The notes below the pieces were generated by a model. That model saw only the letters and a program-made list of their open reading frames with translations. It ran no database searches and had not been told where the DNA came from. Below, piece after piece: positions 56,492 to 64,000 of a stretch of DNA of 64,000 nt. Source of the DNA: Candidatus Nanoarchaeia archaeon (GTDB taxonomy: Archaea; Nanobdellota; Nanobdellia; Woesearchaeales; SM23-78); assembly GCA_035289665.1 (NCBI GenBank), contig DATDWO010000043.1, positions 611 to 64,610 on the forward strand, written 5' to 3'. How positions within the stretch are numbered: position 1 is the first letter of the stretch; each line of letters opens with the position of its first letter. The position numbers and the translations under genes were made by a program.

Positions 56492-56947
56492 TTAATCAAA
56501 TAGATGAAGTTTACCTATTCTCTCAAAGTGTTTTTTGTTGTTTGTTTTAATGCCAAAACCTTCTGTTTGTGCTATGCATGCGATCAACAAGTCTTTGGAT
56601 TCGACTGTGAGTCCTTTTTTCTCTAGCTCGGCTCCGATCTGGCCAGCTTGCCGAACCGCCTCTTCCGAAAGATTCAGTAAGATAAGCCTGTCCTGCAACT
56701 CATACACATGCCTAACATGCTCTAATGAACCTGACTTGTAGGCTCCGAGATATAGCTCAAACAAGTTTATAAAGGTGGTGGCGAAGAAAGCTCGACTTCT
56801 ATGCTCTTTGATGAAAGCAACTTCTTCTTTCTGGTTGCGTAAAAGCTTGATTAAGAAGTCACTGTCTAAACAGATGTTTTCCAATTCTTCCACCCGCGCC
56901 GTATACTCTTCATGATTTCTGTTTCCTCTTTGTCGCTCATCTTCCAT
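56492..56947 (-). CDS. PIN-domain ribonuclease (VapC-like toxin); true start probably downstream (GTG near VEELENICLD)
   Basis: Conserved acidic residues in LDSDFLI, NLFELY, DLLIACIA, TNN..HF. Confidence 0.7.
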   Translation of the reverse strand: MEDERQRGNRNHEEYTARVEELENICLDSDFLIKLLRNQKEEVAFIKEHRSRAFFATTFINLFELYLGAYKSGSLEHVRHVYELQDRLILLNLSEEAVRQAGQIGAELEKKGLTVESKDLLIACIAQTEGFGIKTNNKKHFERIGKLHLFD

Positions 56948-57102
56948 CCGCCCGCTACATCCAGCAAATCCCCCTTTCTGAGAAGATGATTGAGCGCTTT
57001 GTCTACCGAGACGGGTTTACCTACTTTTTTCTGCAACTCACCCGCCAGCTCGTTCAACCGCTTGTAATTGGCTGCACTGATCTTGATTGTTTTTGCTTCC
57101 AT
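56866..57102 (-). CDS. VapB-like antitoxin
   Basis: 78-aa ORF immediately upstream of and overlapping PIN gene. Confidence 0.5.
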   Translation of the reverse strand: MEAKTIKISAANYKRLNELAGELQKKVGKPVSVDKALNHLLRKGDLLDVAGGWKMSDKEETEIMKSIRRGWKNWKTSV

Positions 57103-57219
57103 ATTACCACTTATTCTACTAAGTAGTAAAGGTGGTATTTAAAGATTGCGGTAATACAGTGTTTACCTTAGAATATTCTCGGCAGCTTTTTAAATTATTA
57201 GCGCTTATCCAAGCTTGTA

Positions 57220-57673
57220 GGACCGCCCTTAGCTGTCGGTGAATGTAGCTTTACACCTTAACTGGTTGAAGATGCCTTTGCTGAGGAAAGTCCGCCCACA
57301 CCTCGCAAGAGGAAGCAGTTCCTCATGGAAATGAGATCCTGAAAAGGATGGCAACCACTCCGAAACGAGACCCCCAACGTGCAGGATGAAAGTCATGAAG
57401 TTCCAGGCGACTGGAATAAGTTAATTGGCTGACGTTGCGTTGCCCACAGAAGCTTTGGCTTCTGGGGCGCTAGAAAGCTTAGCTTTCTATGCGGAATGGA
57501 TGAAACGGTGAGCCCGAACTTGTGCAAGTCTGTTACAGACGCTCAGTAGAATGCTAAGACATCCATCGGTGTTTCTTTTAGAAATGTGCTCAGAAATCAA
57601 TGATTTCTGGCACGCGAGCAAGCAACACTTGCTCTGCGCTTTGGGATGCACAAAAGGCGGCTTATACCGGTCC
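57220..57673 (+). ncRNA. rnpB: RNase P RNA
   Basis: ORF-free GC-rich stretch; GAGGAAAGUCCGCCCACA (CR-I/P4 5' strand) and ACAAAAGGCGGCUUAUACCGGUCC (P4 3' strand/P1 closing) with P1 GGACCG...CGGUCC pairing. Confidence 0.7.
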
Positions 57674-58240
57674 TACACTTTTTAAACTTAAAACGATCTG
57701 ATCTAAATTGATTTCTGGAGTGTGACGTCCAAAATTCCTTTTTACACGCTCAGATACAGAAAGCGACCTTCTTTTTCCTGTTTCTCCCCCTAATAATCGG
57801 GTCAGTTTTTCACTACGCCTAAGCTGAGGACTTGCCTTTACCACAAAAATCGCGATTGAAGGAGCGAATTCACAAAATTGTTGGTGAACCAAATCGATCC
57901 ATAACCCTCGTTCACTGTCGAAGTTCCAGCTATGTCGTGTTTTGCCTGGATCATAAAACCCGGCTACTTCTTGAAGAGGCGTTAGCTGAGCTACAATATA
58001 GGAAGCGGCATCACACAAACTATAAGGAAACCCTGGAAGGCCCATCATCTCGTCATATGCGCGTTCCAATCTTCGGTAATAAGGAAGCTCTGCTATGACT
58101 TCATTAGGAAGTAAACCTTGTTGCCATTCAGGAATCATTCTATAGGTTCTTGGCGCAAGTTTTTTAAACGCTACGGTTTTTCTACTTATCATGGCGAAAG
58201 ACAACCGCATTACTCTGCCCAGTTCAGGCGCAGGCATCAC
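57662..58240 (-). CDS. Hypothetical protein, GC-rich
   Basis: 192-aa ORF; no domain recognised; 3' end abuts RNase P RNA. Confidence 0.4.
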   Translation of the reverse strand: MMPAPELGRVMRLSFAMISRKTVAFKKLAPRTYRMIPEWQQGLLPNEVIAELPYYRRLERAYDEMMGLPGFPYSLCDAASYIVAQLTPLQEVAGFYDPGKTRHSWNFDSERGLWIDLVHQQFCEFAPSIAIFVVKASPQLRRSEKLTRLLGGETGKRRSLSVSERVKRNFGRHTPEINLDQIVLSLKSVGPV

Positions 58241-58364
58241 CCGATACTTTGAAGATTACAAAAGTAAGATCGTGATGAAACCCCAGCATGTTATTATCCT
58301 TGCGATTGTCATCATCCTTCTGATCGTGTTTTTACACTTGCAAGGAAGCTTGTTTGGTTAATCA

Positions 58365-58739
58365 TTACCGTGTGCGATTGTGACCTAAGCCTGTTTCGTT
58401 TAACAATTCATGCAGACGAATTTCTGGCATTAGTCCACGCCGGTCTATTAGAAAGTTATCTTCTGGGAAGGATACACAGATATTGTATATTGCAGGCACA
58501 GCGGTGGAGTTTCGTTCAAAAACAAAGTAACCTTTCTCATATTCTTCTCTATATCTCCCTTGTAGTCTAGCTTTTATTTTTTCAGCTTCCTTTGCCGAAA
58601 CATCTGAAAGTATGAAACCACCCAACTGCTCTGTTTTGCGTGTATTTACCCAGTTGTTTTCGTAATGGCGTACTACTCCATCTGGGGTATAGGGGGAACA
58701 CCCTAAAATAAGAGCCAATCCCACTATCTGTTTTTTCAT
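58365..58739 (-). CDS. Small lipoprotein
   Basis: Signal peptide with LILGCS lipobox. Confidence 0.45.
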   Translation of the reverse strand: MKKQIVGLALILGCSPYTPDGVVRHYENNWVNTRKTEQLGGFILSDVSAKEAEKIKARLQGRYREEYEKGYFVFERNSTAVPAIYNICVSFPEDNFLIDRRGLMPEIRLHELLNETGLGHNRTR

Positions 58740-58815
58740 CGTCCTTGGAAAGGACCCTACATTTTAAACCTTTACCACTCACAAACCTTTTAAATCATGT
58801 CTCGTTCTCAATACT

Positions 58816-59154
58816 ATGTTTCCCGGCGTTAACCCTCGACAGATGAAGCAGATGATGAAGCAGATGGGCATCCAACAGCAAGACATTGAAGCCACAGAAG
58901 TCATCATCCGCTGTCCAGACAAAGAAATTGTTATTACAAATCCTCAAGTCGCCAAAGTCAACATGATGGGACAGAAGACCTGGCAGATTGTTGGCGAGGA
59001 AGAAGAACGCTCCTTGAACACAAAACCAGAGATCGGTGAAGAGGATGTCAAGACGGTGGTGGAGCAGACTGGTGCTAGCGAAGAAAAGGCAAGAGTAGCC
59101 ATTGAAGAAGCGAATGGGGACTTAGCGCAGGCGATTTTGAGTTTGAAATCTTAG
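58816..59154 (+). CDS. nac: Nascent polypeptide-associated complex alpha subunit (NAC domain + C-terminal UBA)
   Basis: MFPGVNPRQMKQMMKQMGI...VITNPQV...EEANGDLAQAILSL signature. Confidence 0.85.
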   Translation: MFPGVNPRQMKQMMKQMGIQQQDIEATEVIIRCPDKEIVITNPQVAKVNMMGQKTWQIVGEEEERSLNTKPEIGEEDVKTVVEQTGASEEKARVAIEEANGDLAQAILSLKS

Positions 59155-59201
59155 TTTTATTTTCACTTAGCTTTATATATTCTTGATGATTTCTTTTCTT
59201 T

Positions 59202-59432
59202 ATGGGAGGATCTGAATCTAAGGATTGTAGCTTGGAAATAAGAGCAGGCCCGGGAGGGGAAAACTCGGATGTGTATGCTTATGTTCATTCCACCCTTCCC
59301 AGCTGGATAAGAACAGTGGACGACCCTCTTTATCGATTACCTGTGGGATTGGCATTAGAAGCTGCAAAGCAACTAGCAAGAGACACTGGAAGAGATCTTA
59401 CCCTGAATTTTAGTTTAACTTACCGACTTTAA
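59202..59432 (+). CDS. Small hypothetical protein
   Basis: 76-aa ORF. Confidence 0.3.
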   Translation: MGGSESKDCSLEIRAGPGGENSDVYAYVHSTLPSWIRTVDDPLYRLPVGLALEAAKQLARDTGRDLTLNFSLTYRL

Positions 59433-59500
59433 ATGAAGGTTCTATCTAGCAACTTACCTGGTGCAAAGACTTTAAAAACCCACTCTAGTTCACTTTTTTC

Positions 59501-60979
59501 ATGAGGTGGACGATCTGGCGGATGTTACTGGCTGTTCTTGTACTTAGCGTCTTTATCTTTCGCCTCTGGCTTGCCTTTCAAACCCCTAGTTTTTCGTATG
59601 ACGCTTATTTTCACCTTCGACAAATTGAATCGATCAGTGAAACCGGAAAACCTCTTTTTAATGACCCACTTAGCTATCAAGGAAGAACCTACGTGTTTGC
59701 CCCTCTCTTTTACTATGTCCTTGCCTTCTTCTCTAAATTAATTTCCACTGAAATGGTTGCCAAGATTATTCCTAACCTATTCTTTTCTATTAGTATTCTC
59801 TTAGTCTATCTCATTGTATTGAGACGCGCTAAAAAAGAATGGGCAGCCTTGCTTGCTGCTTTTTTCACTGCACTCATCCCTCAATCCTATGCCTATCTCA
59901 TCAATGTAAGCCCGGTTTCCCTTGCCATTCCTCTCGGATTGTTTATGATCTATTGTCTCATGGATCTGGACAATAAAAAAAATGTTTATTATGCCATCCT
60001 CTGTGCTGTTTTCCTTACTTTAACTCATGCCTTGATTTTTTTATTTGTATTTGGATTCATCCTTTATTTTTGCCTCCTTGCCTTACTAAAACATCCTAGA
60101 AGTTCTAAAGAGGTAGAATTCACTCTTTTCTTGTTCTTCCTTGCCGCTTGGTTTAACTTTATACTCTATAAGAAAGCCTTTCTTGCCCAAGGCCTATTCT
60201 TTCTCTGGCAGAATGTTCCTGCCCCTCTTCGCGCCGAGATTTTTGGCGAGGCCACTTTCCTTACTGCTCTTTATGCCATCAATTTCATTCCCTTTCTTTT
60301 TGGTATTTATACAGTATATCATACTCTTGTTGTCCGCGAAACCACCCAGTATTTTTTATTCGTAGGACTTGTTTTAGGCGTATGCACCCTATTGCTTTTT
60401 AGTTGGATTCAAATCAACACAGGCCTCTTATTCTTAGGATACTTCGTAGTTATCCTCAGCAGCCGAACTTTCCTCCTATTTGTACGATACATTAAAAAAA
60501 CAAAGTTTCCTAGATTAGCCTATTCCTCCCTCGTTGCACTCTTCATCCTCTTCATCCTCACCACTTTTTTACCTATGTTCTTAACGGCCAGCCATCACTT
60601 GAAGGACACTCCTCAACCCGACCAGGTCGCTGCTTTCCAATGGATTCGTAACCATGCCCTTCTTGAAGCCACCGTGTTAGCGGCTGTAAAAGAAGGACAA
60701 GCTTTAAGCTATTACACTCACCGCAAAAACATCATTGACACAAACTTATTCCTTGCTCATGACATTCACCAACGATACAGTGACTTAACTAAAATCTACA
60801 CCAGCCGATTCCAATCAACTGCCTTACAGAAAATAAACCAATACCACATCAACTACATCTACTTCTCTAATGAATCCGTCCACACTTACGGAGTACAACA
60901 ACTCTATTTTACCGATAACCCTTGTTTTAGACTTCTTTACGAAAAAGGCGTTCAAATCTATGGGGTGATTTGCGCATGA
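59501..60979 (+). CDS. Polytopic membrane protein, GT-C-fold glycosyltransferase-like (PMT/ArnT/DUF2079-like), paralog 1
   Basis: ~12 TM helices with large C-terminal soluble domain; similar architecture to next gene. Confidence 0.4.
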   Translation: MRWTIWRMLLAVLVLSVFIFRLWLAFQTPSFSYDAYFHLRQIESISETGKPLFNDPLSYQGRTYVFAPLFYYVLAFFSKLISTEMVAKIIPNLFFSISILLVYLIVLRRAKKEWAALLAAFFTALIPQSYAYLINVSPVSLAIPLGLFMIYCLMDLDNKKNVYYAILCAVFLTLTHALIFLFVFGFILYFCLLALLKHPRSSKEVEFTLFLFFLAAWFNFILYKKAFLAQGLFFLWQNVPAPLRAEIFGEATFLTALYAINFIPFLFGIYTVYHTLVVRETTQYFLFVGLVLGVCTLLLFSWIQINTGLLFLGYFVVILSSRTFLLFVRYIKKTKFPRLAYSSLVALFILFILTTFLPMFLTASHHLKDTPQPDQVAAFQWIRNHALLEATVLAAVKEGQALSYYTHRKNIIDTNLFLAHDIHQRYSDLTKIYTSRFQSTALQKINQYHINYIYFSNESVHTYGVQQLYFTDNPCFRLLYEKGVQIYGVICA

Positions 60980-62331
60980 AAACCAAATATGTTTTCCTCA
61001 CCCTTTTTCTGGCTGCGCTTTTGATCTTGATATCTCTTCTTGCTTTGAGGCATTTCAATCACTACCCGACCCTGCACTCACCTGAAGCGTACACCCACTT
61101 ACGCATCGCACAATTAATCCATGAAAATGGGATCCTCCAATTTGACTCCCTTCTCAAACAACATTATACCTTTAACCTTTATGATTACCTTATCGCTGGA
61201 CTTTCACTCCTAGCTCCATTGTCACTACTCAGTTTATTGATTCCTCTGTTAATAGGTGTTGCGGTTGCGTTTCTTTTCTATCAAATCCTAATCAAATATT
61301 GCAACTCAGAGCGGACTTTTTACATCTTGTTTTTCTTCCTCCTCTCGCCTGCTTACCTATATAGTTTTACTACTCTAACCTCATTGGGCTTTATTGCTTT
61401 CCTCGCCCTACTTGGCTTTTGGCTCTTCCTCAAACAAAAAATGATCTGGGCTTATTTAACCTGGGCTTTACTTGTCCTCACTAGTTGGGTTGCCTTTATC
61501 ACGATTTGCCTCCTATTCCTTTGGTATCTTTACACTTATGAAAAAAATAAGATTCAATCTGCCCTTCACCTCTTTAGTTTAGGATTCCTTTTTTGGATTT
61601 TACTCATTGTCACTCATCCCTTTAATTTTCAAGATCAACTCCTACCCTTCCAATTAGGGCTTCGTTATTACCTCACTGACTTCGGAGCTATGGTTGGCTA
61701 CTCTTTTGTGACTTTTATCTTATGCCTTATCTGGCTTTTTAAATATTGGAATAAAAAACCTTTAGTGTTACTCCTGGTTTTCTTACTGTCTGCCATTAAC
61801 CTGCCCACCCGCATTTTGATGTCTTTTATGCTTTCCATTGGAGCCGGCCTTTATGTAGCCAACCTCTCTGAACGCAATTGGCAGCTCTCGCTCCTTAAAC
61901 AATTAACCCTTCTTCTCATCGGTTGCCTTATTCTTTTCTCCGCCCTCTCCTACATGCACCGTTTGGTTCAATCTCCCCCAGAACTCTCTCTTCAAAAAGC
62001 CCTTGAAAAACTCTCTTATGAAGAGAAAGGAGCTGTTTTAACTTCGCCTGAATATAGTAGCTTTACTGCTTATTTTGCCCATCAATCCCTGGCTAACCTC
62101 TCTCAACAAGACCTCTCTACGATCTACCATTCTCAGCGCCTTGACCTCACCAAAAAGATACTGGATCAATACGACGTGCGGTACATCCTTATTACTCCTT
62201 CCATGCGAAACGGCGGTGTTTGGAATGCCCCTAACCAAGGACTCCTTCTCCTACTCCCCTTCAGCGAAAGTTTTATTAAGCGAAACGCAGTCGATGATAT
62301 TGAAATTTGGCAGTACAGGGGGGGCTCATGA
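60970..62331 (+). CDS. Polytopic membrane protein, GT-C-fold glycosyltransferase-like, paralog 2
   Basis: 10-nt overlap with previous gene; same architecture. Confidence 0.4.
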   Translation: MRMKTKYVFLTLFLAALLILISLLALRHFNHYPTLHSPEAYTHLRIAQLIHENGILQFDSLLKQHYTFNLYDYLIAGLSLLAPLSLLSLLIPLLIGVAVAFLFYQILIKYCNSERTFYILFFFLLSPAYLYSFTTLTSLGFIAFLALLGFWLFLKQKMIWAYLTWALLVLTSWVAFITICLLFLWYLYTYEKNKIQSALHLFSLGFLFWILLIVTHPFNFQDQLLPFQLGLRYYLTDFGAMVGYSFVTFILCLIWLFKYWNKKPLVLLLVFLLSAINLPTRILMSFMLSIGAGLYVANLSERNWQLSLLKQLTLLLIGCLILFSALSYMHRLVQSPPELSLQKALEKLSYEEKGAVLTSPEYSSFTAYFAHQSLANLSQQDLSTIYHSQRLDLTKKILDQYDVRYILITPSMRNGGVWNAPNQGLLLLLPFSESFIKRNAVDDIEIWQYRGGS

Positions 62332-63578
62332 ATTTTGGAGATTTTCTCATTTATCTGGTCAGTTACTTCGGTCTTTATACCAGCTTATTTTTTCTCCTCA
62401 CCTTATTTGAAGATGCTCCTCCCAAGCGAAAGCCCTTGCGCCAAGCACCTAAAATAACGATTGCCATCCCTTGCTTTAATGAAGAACACACCGTCCTTAA
62501 AACAGTAAAATCCCTTCTTCGCTTGAATTACCCCCAAGAAAAACTAGACATTGTTGTTGTGGATGATGGCTCTACCGATCGGACGTACACGGTGGTTGAG
62601 TCCTTTGTCAACCAAAACAACATCAAAAATGTGCGGCTCTTTCATAAAGAAAATGGCGGAAAATACACTGCGATGAACTATGCTCTTGAGCGAAGCGACT
62701 CTGTTTTCTTCGGCCTACTTGACGCAGATAGCTTTGTAGATAAAGATGCCCTCAGAAATCAACTCCCCTACTTTAAAAATTCCGATGTGATGGCGGTCAC
62801 TCCCAGCATGCGGGTTCATAATCCTAAACGGGTTTTGGTTCGAGTACAATACGTGGAATACTTGATCGGGACTTTCCTACGCCGTGTTTTTTCCTTACTG
62901 GGAGCCGAGCATGTTGCGCCAGGTCCCTTCACCATTTACCGCAGAGAATTTTTTAAGAAACACGGAGGCTTTCGTAAAGCTTACCACACAGAAGACATTG
63001 AAAGCAGCTTGCGCATTCAGTCCTTTAACTACACCATTCAACATGCCCCTGACGCTAAAGTCTACACAGAAGGCGTACAAACTTGGAAGGCCCTTACTGC
63101 CCAACGCTTACGATGGTATCATGGCTTCCTACGCAATGCGGTGGATTACAAGCACTTGTTCAGTAACCGCCACGGCAACCTAGGACTTTTTATCCTTCCT
63201 GCTGCCTTCTTTTCGGTTTTCCTCGTCATGATCAGCATGTTCTATACGATTTACCAGTTTTCAGATACGCTCTGGAGAAAATGGCTGAACCTCGTTGCGG
63301 TGGACTTCGACATTTGGCGCATGCTCACGTTCAAATGGGATACTTTTTACATTAATAATACCAGCATCATGATCCTATCGGTTTTCACCCTTATCCTAAG
63401 CCTCTATTTCATCTGGCTTGCTAAACGCTTGTCTGAAGAAAAGCATCCTATCAAGTGGAGCTATTGCCTGTTCTTCCTATTCTACTGGCTCTTCTTCGGC
63501 TACTGGTGGCTGCGAGCGATCCTAGCGGCTGTCTTACGAATGAACGTACGCTGGGGACATAAGACAGGATTGGTGTAA
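62307..63578 (+). CDS. Family-2 glycosyltransferase, processive type (D, DxD, D, QxxRW), with flanking TM helices
   Basis: IPCFNEE, VVDDGSTD, LDADS, QRLRWYHG motifs. Confidence 0.8.
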   Translation: MAVQGGLMNFGDFLIYLVSYFGLYTSLFFLLTLFEDAPPKRKPLRQAPKITIAIPCFNEEHTVLKTVKSLLRLNYPQEKLDIVVVDDGSTDRTYTVVESFVNQNNIKNVRLFHKENGGKYTAMNYALERSDSVFFGLLDADSFVDKDALRNQLPYFKNSDVMAVTPSMRVHNPKRVLVRVQYVEYLIGTFLRRVFSLLGAEHVAPGPFTIYRREFFKKHGGFRKAYHTEDIESSLRIQSFNYTIQHAPDAKVYTEGVQTWKALTAQRLRWYHGFLRNAVDYKHLFSNRHGNLGLFILPAAFFSVFLVMISMFYTIYQFSDTLWRKWLNLVAVDFDIWRMLTFKWDTFYINNTSIMILSVFTLILSLYFIWLAKRLSEEKHPIKWSYCLFFLFYWLFFGYWWLRAILAAVLRMNVRWGHKTGLV

Positions 63579-63616
63579 ATTCATTACGTTTTTAAATTAG
63601 ATACTTAAACTTAAGT

Positions 63617-64000
63617 TATGGTCCTGTTCGAACGACGCCTTACTCCGAGTGAAGTAGACCTTCTTAGAAAAATATGTAAGCAGGGAGGTGAGCCTCTTAT
63701 TCATCGAAAGCCAGGACTTCGATTGGATACGCTCATCGAATGCTTGCAGTTCGACAGGAAAGAATACCAGCACTATCACGTTAAAATCCCCCCATCCGAA
63801 CAGAGTGCTCTGAAAGCCTTGCAGGATTTGTCCTCGTTGCTCAAAGGCAGCATTCGTAGTGTCCCTGCCCAAACTTTGGAAGTATGTCTGAAAAGCGCTC
63901 AAGAAGATGGATATATCTCAGATGGTGTTATTAACGAATTTGATACACCTATCCCCGTTCTCGTAACCCTAAAACTTTTCCATCGCATGCTAAATGGCAC
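63617..64000 (+). CDS. Hypothetical protein, 5' partial ORF running off window end
   Basis: Open + frame from ATG 63617 to window end (>125 codons); preferred over antisense 63597..63902. Confidence 0.35.

Noticed and set aside
63597-63902. ORF 63597..63902(-)
   Set aside because: It overlaps a longer + strand open frame (63617 to window end) that follows the + strand GT gene. The minus ORF is treated as a shadow frame.
1-64000. CRISPR arrays, transposases, integrases
   Set aside because: No regularly spaced direct-repeat array and no recognisable transposase or integrase motifs were found. The only integration-like trace is the degenerate tRNA-Leu 3' duplicate.

Overview
This window looks like a low-GC archaeal chromosome segment, most likely from a small-genome DPANN-like archaeon. 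That call rests on an HMf-type histone, RpoN and RpoD, an archaeal-order ribosomal protein cluster (S13-S4-S11-RpoD-tRNA-L18e-L13-S9-RpoN), an archaeal-type LeuRS, NAC-alpha and intron-containing tRNAs.

Housekeeping genes:
- CysRS, LeuRS and AspRS.
- Ribosomal proteins S9, L13, L18e, S11, S4 and S13.
- RNA polymerase subunits RpoD and RpoN.
- CorA, a PLP-dependent decarboxylase, TrmI, a ThiI-like PP-loop protein, a DEDDh exonuclease, a radical-SAM SplB-like protein and a GT2 plus GT-C glycosylation cluster.
- An ORF-free RNase P RNA.
- Three tRNAs. tRNA-Leu has a roughly 90-nt intron. tRNA-Arg has two introns, one of them in the T-loop. tRNA-Cys has no intron.

Accessory content, most unusual first:
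1. A GC-rich, translationally coupled six-gene cassette at 15044-19912. It encodes two membrane proteins, a 342-aa coiled-coil protein, a classic-clade AAA+ ATPase with an unrecognised N-domain, an S8 subtilase with a propeptide but no signal peptide, and a small protein. I could not assign it to a described system.
2. A RelA/SpoT synthetase-fold (toxSAS/CapRel-like) protein at 7232-8299. It sits divergent to a ribbon-helix-helix (RHH) protein, across an intergenic region with four ACCGCGCAAA boxes, two of them inside perfect 27-bp direct repeats.
3. Several toxin-antitoxin-like modules: VapBC, a RelE/ParE-like gene fused to an LMW-PTP operon, an orphan UPF0175 gene, and a Zn-ribbon-AbrB protein paired with a small protein.
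4. Other GC-atypical hypothetical genes at 29477-31306, 48000-52278 and 57662-58240.
5. Two homopolymer-tract frameshifts: C8 in a membrane-anchored transglutaminase-like gene and A9 in an IMPase-like gene.
6. Expanded families of secreted proteins and lipoproteins, and a prion-like Q/Y/G-rich membrane protein.

No CRISPR array, transposase or integrase was recognised.
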